A stretch of 64,000 nt of DNA from Mizuhopecten yessoensis (lineage: Eukaryota): assembly GCF_002113885.1 (NCBI RefSeq), contig NW_018408866.1, forward strand, positions 588,760 to 652,759, given 5' to 3'. Below the pieces are notes generated by a model. It did no database searches. It saw only the letters and a program-made list of their open reading frames with translations, and had not been told where the DNA came from. A program made the position numbers and the translations under genes. This document shows positions 55,808 to 64,000 of this stretch, one piece after another; position 1 is the first letter of the stretch; every line of letters begins with the position of its first letter.

Positions 55808-56166
55808 GTTTGTAAAACAGTATAGTATCTTCTACATTGTTACACTGTAACAAGTACTTTACCCACTGAATATTGATTTCATCATTGAGACACTGAATGT
55901 GTTAAATTATATACAGTTTGTCAGTTCTAATATTGTATGACAAAACCGTTTACAATGAATGATCCGCAAAACAAACAAGCGTAATTACTTTATCTATCCA
56001 CATATATATATATCGACTTATTCAGAATAGTGAAAATGGATAGCTCATCTAGGTCATAATCATTGACATATTGGCTATCAAAATGTATTAGATGTATTAT
56101 TTTATATCCAATAATAACATATAATTCACATTTCCCAGGTATTATCCCGACACACTAATCCTCATC

Positions 56167-58183
56167 ATGAAGCTGACATTGGTTTTCTTTGCCGTCTGCG
56201 TTTCTGTCGCCCTGACAGCGATTATCGAAGAAGAAGAGAAGCCTGCATGTGCATGCACAATGGACCACACTCCTGTATGTGGTGCTGACGGTAAAACTTA
56301 TGGAAACGATTGCATGAGAAAGTGCAAGTAAGTATATAGGTTTTTTTGGATCGGGTTGAAACGTTCAGGCTCTTCTTTTTACAGATGAATCTGTTTCAAT
56401 AACGTATTTTGATTCCACAGCACTAGTTCATATATCTACATATGCATTAAGCAAAGGTTCATGCTTAAGCCATTTTTAAAAACTAAAATATAACTGATTG
56501 TTTTTAATTGGTCGATAAAACTACACGTGCATTTTGACCAAAAGCAAAAGATAATAATGATATAAATGTTTAATCGGTACATTTGATTGGAATAACATTA
56601 ACTTTATCAATCTTTCAATAAACACTCCTTTAAGAACAAAATGACTATAAGCAAGGATTAGAAAAACAATGTAAATTACCTGTTTTGATTGCTTCTTCAT
56701 AATATAATTTAAGTAAAGGAGGCAGATCCGCGTTATTTACAAATATACAGATACAATACAATGTAATCAATTTTGGTGAAAATTGGTTCGAATGAATCTA
56801 CATTATTACTCCGTATACTATACATGTTAAAAACTATAACTATAATCTTAAGTAATATACACTTTTCAGCGATGTCCGCCTGCTCCACAGTGGAAAGTGT
56901 GAAAACGACCTGTGTGTCTGTACCATGGACTACGAGCCTGTCTGTGGTGATGATGGAGTAACCTACACTAACGACTGCAGCAGAGAATGCGCGTATGTAT
57001 ACATACATAACAACACTGATATAAGTCTTCAGTGGTATATGTATCTGACAAGTTCACATTACATCATTTGATTTTGTCGAAAACTATTTTCTCGAATATG
57101 CCTAAAGCGACTTTTTTTCAAATAAATTTATTAAAACATTATAAGTGCATAATTAGCTTGTTTTACGGAATCTGAATAAACACAAAATGCGGTATTTTAA
57201 AATTTTCTACTTATGCGATTACATGCAAAACACGCTAAAGTAAACATATCGGATATGATAACCGATTTGTAGTACAAAATGGTCGACCATTTACACTTCA
57301 TTATGGTAATACAGATACTTGGCTAATATATGTATGTTTGACATATCTTTAGTTGAGAATATGTTGATTTTACACAAAGTACGGATAAGTTAAGTGTTTA
57401 ATTTTCCAAACACGGATATGCATAAGATGTCGCATTTCCTTTGTTTTTTCTGCGAGTACTAATACATATCAGATAAACTTGATAAATATATAAAATGCAT
57501 AGTTATGACATTTTAAACTTGTATTACGAACTTATAGTTGGCTTGGTCTACAATATATATTGATATGTACGATAGAGAATAGTTTTCTAAAATAACTTCC
57601 TAAGTGTGTATGATAGAGACATGGAAGGCATGCGTGTCGATAAATACATTTTTTACACGGTGTTTTGCAATCGCAAAATGCGACAACAATCCAATTATGT
57701 GTAACGAAAAGTCAAAATTTCACATATCACTGATGAAAGACAATTAATCCTCTTTAAATTTCCTTTAATATTTGAATAAACCTGTGTGGAGAAGCTTCGG
57801 AATGAGAAATATTCCTTCCTCGGCTATGATAATATCTTTTTAATTTGAATTGATTGTGAATTATTTGTTTACATCTCCTCTAAAAGATAACATAAGCTAC
57901 ATTGCATAACAATAAGTATGTGATCTGAGGCTTGTATGATAATTGCAGTAGATTTCTATGCACAGTTCAGTATCATAAGTAAAAAAATAATATAGTAATT
58001 ATTAGAACACTGACTTGCTTTTTATATAAAGTTTACGAAATATTGATCGATTAATGAATTAATATAAAACAAATGTATTTTATTTCATGTAACTAAATGT
58101 ATTGCATTTCTAACATACATCCGTATTCATTTTCTAGGGGGTCCAATAATGCTCACGATGGTATCTGCGATGATTCCAAATAG
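56167..58183 (+). CDS. Secreted two-domain Kazal-type serine protease inhibitor 3 (109 aa; P1 Met, Met)
   Basis: Exons 56167-56327, 56870-56992 and 58138-58183 total 330 nt: [115 protein letters not shown] near 58360. Confidence 0.93.
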
Positions 58184-58474
58184 CGGACCTCTGTGACGAA
58201 GAAAGCCTGACTCCCGCATGATTAACACAACGAAATCACAAGCATACGTGTCCATTGCTTTATCCAGCCTGACTTTTGGCAGATGTATTCACATACGATT
58301 ATTATCAATCATACATTCAATTTAATGTTATAATTCACACAGTAAATCAGGATTTATTAATTAAAGTTAAAATGATTGGAACAAATCCTGTCTCTGATTT
58401 GTTTATTTAATACCTGTTTTTCAGCTTTTATCATTATAAGTATTCTCTTTATTCTCGCCCGATCGAGGATTTAC

Positions 58475-59665
58475 TTAAGCACTGAACTGTTTTTGTATGG
58501 TATTTATGATCTATTTGAATGACACAGCTTTGCAAGCAAACAAATCCTAATGCGCGCTAATATATCATAAATACCATATAAAAACAGATCAATACTTATA
58601 TTTGCGTTTTCTCTACGTCTTATGTCCTTTTTTCACTTATAATTTATATTTAAAATTAAAAACGCCCGCCTTATCGACAGTCCACACAACTTCGTTCAAT
58701 AGGTTGAACAGCGAACTGTCGTGTGCTGATTGGTAAACAAAGTAGTACTTTGAAATTTCAACAAACACTTCAATTTTATTCCACAATTCAGTATCAATAC
58801 AAATGCGTATGATATGTTTAAAGGGTGATTTAAGTTTATCAATAGAACTCTGAGCTGAAAGTTAGATTCTAAATTGTTTCGATTTTCCCCCGGAACAAAT
58901 TTCACACAAGGACAAATACAGTGAACACCGTAAATCCGACCTTGCCCTCATCAAGGGAGTTATTTTTGGAAGGTAATTCGAACTTTTCTCTTTGCTAATT
59001 TTGTGAAGAATCCAGGCGTGAATTTATTTGTAGATTGTATTGGAACCTGACAACAGTCAGTAGATTCTATAACAGCCTCGTTATTTGACATGTCGTCAGA
59101 AACTGAGGAACCGTGGATTCCAGACGCGTGAAACTGATAGCGTTTGAAGTGAGTGATCTTGCGACGGAGCAAAGGTTCGTTACACATTTCTGAAATGTTT
59201 ATGTGTGCTGTGACTCATATCAGTAGGTCTGTAACATATGTGTCAGTAGGTCTTTAGAATATGTGTTTTTCAGACATTTGTAACGAACCCCTGTTGATTA
59301 GTGCAGTGTAACAGCCGATATTTCTGATAAATTGCATGAGCGTTAAAATTGTTTCCATTGCCGGCATTGGTGATTTAAACCTATGTGCATTTTGTACGAT
59401 ATTGCAGACGTTGGTCTTGTTTTCGTTGTAATAAAGGTGTTTTTTTATTTTTTTTATTTTGCACATAAATTTACAATGACATTGTCAAATCTCACAATGC
59501 CCAGCGATATTTCAGCAGCCGTCATGTTTATTTATATTGGATATTGTAGTTCCGGTCAGTGTTGTATTAATACGCTAAGAATTGTGTCTCGAGATGCATG
59601 GTATTCAAAGTCCCATCAACGACTCAGCTTTCAAAGAGGCTATATAGTGACAATGCCATGCAAAT
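58475..59665. mobile_element. Right-arm-specific ~1.2-kb insertion beginning with a long hairpin (58476-58598)
   Basis: The flanks are contiguous in the left arm (CCCATTGTAAATCCTCGATCG, ~45380-45400). Confidence 0.6.
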
Positions 59666-62368
59666 GTAAATACAATGGGAACAATATACTCTGTAAAAAG
59701 ACATTCATTGAAAATTGACAAAATACCAGCATTATACATTTGTATGTATCAATGAAATTCCATCTATAATCGTATTGCAAAGTTTGGAATCTGGAGTTAA
59801 CTCCCCTCTGCGTCTCTGCGTGTCTGCGCTCCTTATCTTATCTTCAGGGCTCTCACAACTAAATCATTCAATATGTGTTATTACTAAGCTTTTGAGCTAA
59901 TAGCGTTAATATTTGAAGTTTAACACTAGTGACAACTGTCTCGATTCAAAGATACATACCTAGCAAAGGATTCAAAAGGCAATTTTTGGTGATTTTGGTG
60001 GCATATAAGAGCGCTACAGGCGCCTGCTTTTGCTTTTTACTTCAGTTATCTTTTGACGAACTAAGTAATGCTGATACAATTTCGTTATTGTATACATTAT
60101 GTAAATTCCAACCTGTACTATTATTCCATGATCTTTTACACGTATTTTGAACAACCTATCATACTGTGATAATTTACCTTTCTGTAAAATTCCCTCTCAC
60201 ACAGCTTTCTGCCAAATAAATCTAGAGTTAGATGGGAATAGACACGTTGTAACATTTAAAGATCAAATTACATTTAGGTGTTTCGACAGGTTTAATGTTA
60301 TTTACCAGGTCAACCATACTCGATTCAATAATTGCATGGCCAATTTCTGTACAATATCCGTGTTTGAGAGAAAATGTACAAGAGGGGTTGCTGCATTTGT
60401 GTTGAACATTTGCAGACATGAAATTAGACCTACCTAATAAGCCCCTCAATGTTCCAACACAAAACTTTCAGTTTAATCAGATCTGTGTTCACAAGGAAAT
60501 ACTGCACCTGGAACCCATGGTCTCGTACTTATGCCGTCGGGCCAAAAGAAAGTCAGCATGCTCTGATAGGATGTTTAACTGTGCCGAAGCTGTGCTCTTC
60601 TTACGACGTTTATGTTTGTAACCTTTCTGTTCACTCAACTTGTAGTTTTTGTAAGTGCGTTACACTCCTCTTTCAAATTGTTTATTTTTATGGTTAGCTC
60701 TTTGTATTTCTTTGTCAGTTTCCCTGTACACCTCCGGAAAGTGTTGACGGCCTACAACACATGTTAGATGAATTGTTATTATATACTATGAGGTGGTCTC
60801 TAACAGTTAACGTTGATTTGTTTTTTTGTAGTTTTCAGAAAATCGGCTGTATTACATGCAAATGAAACATGGCAGTCTGATGGTGTCACACTTGAGTCTG
60901 TAAATTCTTTTTCTTATTTGGGGGTAAAACTCAATTATAATGGTAGTTTTAAAATGAACGCAGAAACAATTAGCGTCACAAGGTAGGAAATCTCATTTTT
61001 CGTCTAAAAGATCATGCAAATCTATCTTGTTAAATTTCTGCATACCGTTGCCACTTTTTGACACATATGTCGGCAGTGTAGCCGACTACATCTAGAATTT
61101 TGTAAGAATATTTTAGAAGTTTGAAAATCTACACCAAACTCAATCATCTATTTCGAACTGGTTAGATATCCTCTTTTCATTTCGAGGAAAATTAGAATTT
61201 TGAAGTACTGGTGTAAACTATTGATTTCTAGCAACTGTATTTTAAATGCATGTTATCAAGATATGTACAATGAGTGTGAATCGAACCCATATTGTAAAAA
61301 TTGGGTGGCTTCTGTTAAACAAGAACTATGTTCTACTGGTATGTCGGAATACTGGAAAGCACGGGGTAGCTTCAATACACATCATGTTTTGGTTTTAGTA
61401 AAACAGAGATTGTTAGATATTTCAAAACAAGACTGTGAGAAGTTGGAAGTACAAAAAAGCAATTGTCAAAATACGACTGTCTTCACACATTCTTTTAATA
61501 GAGACTGGAAGGCATAGACAAAATATTATCAACCGTTAATATCAAAGAACTAACTAACCTGGGTAGGTTTATATATCATGCATGTTTACTATGTTCTTCT
61601 CTGTTGGCTTCTAACTAGTTTGATTTGCATGCTCTTAGTTCATAAAAAGACATCTGTATCTAAATTATAAATTCCATATGCTGATTGTATCTTACAGCCT
61701 GTGTTGATTTTGAATGTATATTATGAAATTTCCTTGGAATCGATGAGATTTATATACTCAAAATGAAATAAAGAATTTGAATTTGAATTTGAATTGATGA
61801 AGGTCTCGTTTTGGTACCACTACTGTTTCCTTTAACACCTCAATGCCTGGCACTGCTGGGTCTGGTTTGGATTATGCACCATCAGGGCGCTTCTGTGTAA
61901 CGAACTACGGGTGACCGGTGTTGCTCAGCCGACCCGCACCCCATAATTCAATCTCACAAAGAATAGACTACCGCTTCGCTAGCAGATTCCAATATTGATA
62001 TATAATATAGATATAGACATAGATATAGACGACTAGTGATAATGGCAGCTCAGACGGAAATATAATTCAACAGTTGATTATGACAGAAAAAAAACCCAGT
62101 TTACAACATGCGCAGAGACATAATGGCTAAACTTTGTTTAAACTACTTTACATTAAGCAATTGATACAGATCCTATTAAAACTTTTTTGTACTATGGTTT
62201 TCAAAATGTGTATTAATGAGATATTATCTGGCGGCCTCGCTACCAACATGCTCCAAAGTTAACCCTGACATTTTTTTACGTTCTATAAGTGAGCTATGAG
62301 CCGACAGTTCTTAGAAACCATCACTAAACGTCCTACAAGATAAACTTCTAGCTCAAAATTGTGTATCT

Positions 62369-62418
62369 TAGCAAAGCTGAGCGAAGTTTCGATCCTCAGA
62401 CCTTTGCGACACTCTTCT
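62369..62418 (-). pseudogene. Internally deleted tRNA-iMet remnant (mirror of 40183-40228)
   Basis: Same deletion junction on the reverse strand. Confidence 0.65.
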
Positions 62419-62653
62419 TACAGTGTATTTTCTATGAATGACAAAACTCGCTTTTCTGGAAAATAAAAGAAAGTGTGGATTTGATTAGTCAAAATATCAA
62501 TTGGAAAATATTGGATTGTTGAGAGATATCATTTTGAAACGAGATTTAATTACTGGACGCGGTGCATTTCAAGGAAATTATGAAATCATGTCCTATATTT
62601 GACATTTGATAAATGGAAAGGATTGAAATAAATTCGAAAAAAAATGTGTATAT

Positions 62654-62725
62654 TAGCAGAGCGAGGTGTCCATCCTTGGACCTCTGGGTTATGGGCCCAG
62701 CACTCTTCCACTGCGCCAATCTGCT
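62654..62725 (-). pseudogene. Initiator tRNA-Met pseudogene (mirror of 39879-39950)
   Basis: Shares the GATGGACA T-loop lesion and has its own acceptor- and D-stem changes. Confidence 0.8.
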
Positions 62726-63671
62726 GATTACGAATATATTAGTAGGAACATTTAGCTGAAGTGGGGCATAAATCGATTGCGTCAGCCAAATTGATAATCA
62801 CTTAAGGCACATTGGCTTCAAATGACTTGTTAAATAGTTATTCAATAATCTGTATATTGTATAAGAAATGTTAATAAATCACCAATCACTTGGGACTTAA
62901 ATCTGACCATGTACTTCCTGACTAATCAATTCTTTCTTTAATTATTTTTAACATAACATTCCGATCAAAGATATCACAAGTACTCGCTACATATGTAAGT
63001 AAAGGAAATAGGTAGATATTTGGAATGTGATCAATACGAAATCAACATGAGAGATATGATTAATCTAGTTTTGATAATTCCTAAAGGAAAACGATTTTAG
63101 ATATGTAAATTTCAATGGCTACATGTACTACGTATCTTATTGTCATTTGCAATCAGTTTTATTTTTTTACAATGTTAAACAACATTACTCATTATATCCA
63201 TGCATGCAGACAAAACTAAGGGAGATGACGTACCTACAGTTTGAGTTTGCTGTCTAATCCTTATTCGTCAACCACATGCGATTTTGTATGAATGATGTTG
63301 TACATGTAATTATTGAATTTGAATGTTTTTAAAAGTAACATTGTTTTTCAGTATACACTATCTGTAACTTTGCATTCAATTGTCATTGTAAATTCATCAA
63401 AGTGATATCAATGTGAAAAGTAAAGGAACGGAATTGTGCATTGATTATGAAAACTTATGTAAATGTTGATGTTCATGGCCCCGTAAGAATGTTCTTTTTC
63501 TACACTGAAGAGTAAAATGAAAATGTATGATAATTATGAAGGATCTTATTTTGAAAAAATCCTTTCAATATTCGACATACTTAATTATTCAGAATGTATG
63601 AAAATAAGTCCGTGATATGTGTATATATTGTTGAAAAGGAATAAAATAATTGAAAAAAACCCAATGTATCT

Positions 63672-63743
63672 TAGCAGAGCGAGGTTTCGATCCTCGGACC
63701 TCTGGGTTATGGGCCCAGCACGCTTCCACTGCGCCACTCTGCT
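63672..63743 (-). tRNA. Initiator tRNA-Met(CAT), intact
   Basis: AGCAGAGTGGCGCAGTGGAAGCGTGCTGGGCCCATAACCCAGAGGTCCGAGGATCGAAACCTCGCTCTGCTA; A1-U72, three G-C anticodon-stem pairs, GATCGAAA T-loop, T7 terminator downstream. Confidence 0.95.
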
Positions 63744-64000
63744 GATTACGAAAATATTAGTAGGAACATTGAGCTGAATTAAGGCAAACATCGATTGCAT
63801 CAGAAAAATAGGCACATTGGCTTCAAATGTCTTGTTAAATAGTTACTAAATAATCTGTCTATTGTATAAGAAATGGTAATAAATCACCAATCACTCGGGT
63901 CTTGATATCTGACAATGTACATCTTGATTAAATTCTTCTTGATTAATCGATATTTTACATACCATTTCAATCAAAGATATCACAAGTACCCCCTGTATAT

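Larger units (their letters stand above)
53352..64000. repeat. Right arm of large inverted duplication (continues beyond window)
   Basis: Mirror image of 38604-50475 with arm-specific indels. Confidence 0.92.

Noticed and set aside
46648-57008. ORFs 46648-46977, 46749-46937, 56733-57008 and 56773-56961 conserved between arms
   Set aside because: Antisense or alternate frames over Kazal exon 3; similarity only reflects the recent duplication.
38873-63743. Functional link between tRNA-Met genes and Met-P1 Kazal domains
   Set aside because: These are initiator tRNAs, which do not decode internal Met; co-duplication explains the proximity.

Overview
AT-rich eukaryotic genomic DNA, most likely a bivalve mollusc (inferred from spliceosomal genes and the SINE/Helentron-like/DIRS repeat content), with a 704-N gap at 12656-13359. 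It is not prokaryotic: no CRISPR array or operon is present, and most ORF-track entries are spurious. (1) A minus-strand spliced gene, assembled by hand from five phase-1 exons (12085 to 3259, continuing off the left edge), encodes a signal peptide, a CUB domain, a linker with a duplicated 33-nt microexon, and the start of a Ly6/uPAR three-finger-like Cys domain. Its introns hold 22-, 28- and 35-bp minisatellites and LINE fragments. (2) 13.9-32 kb is mostly transposon debris: a degenerate near-full-length APE-RT LINE, a CR1-like remnant, fold-back elements, a ~1.7-kb tandem triplication and a DIRS/Ngaro fragment. (3) 32-64 kb holds three secreted two-domain Kazal protease inhibitor genes and six initiator tRNA-Met-derived loci. 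Kazal genes 2 and 3 and all six tRNA loci lie in the two arms of a large inverted duplication (arms >10 kb, ~2.9-kb spacer) that runs to the window end. All alignments were made by eye, so repeat boundaries are approximate.
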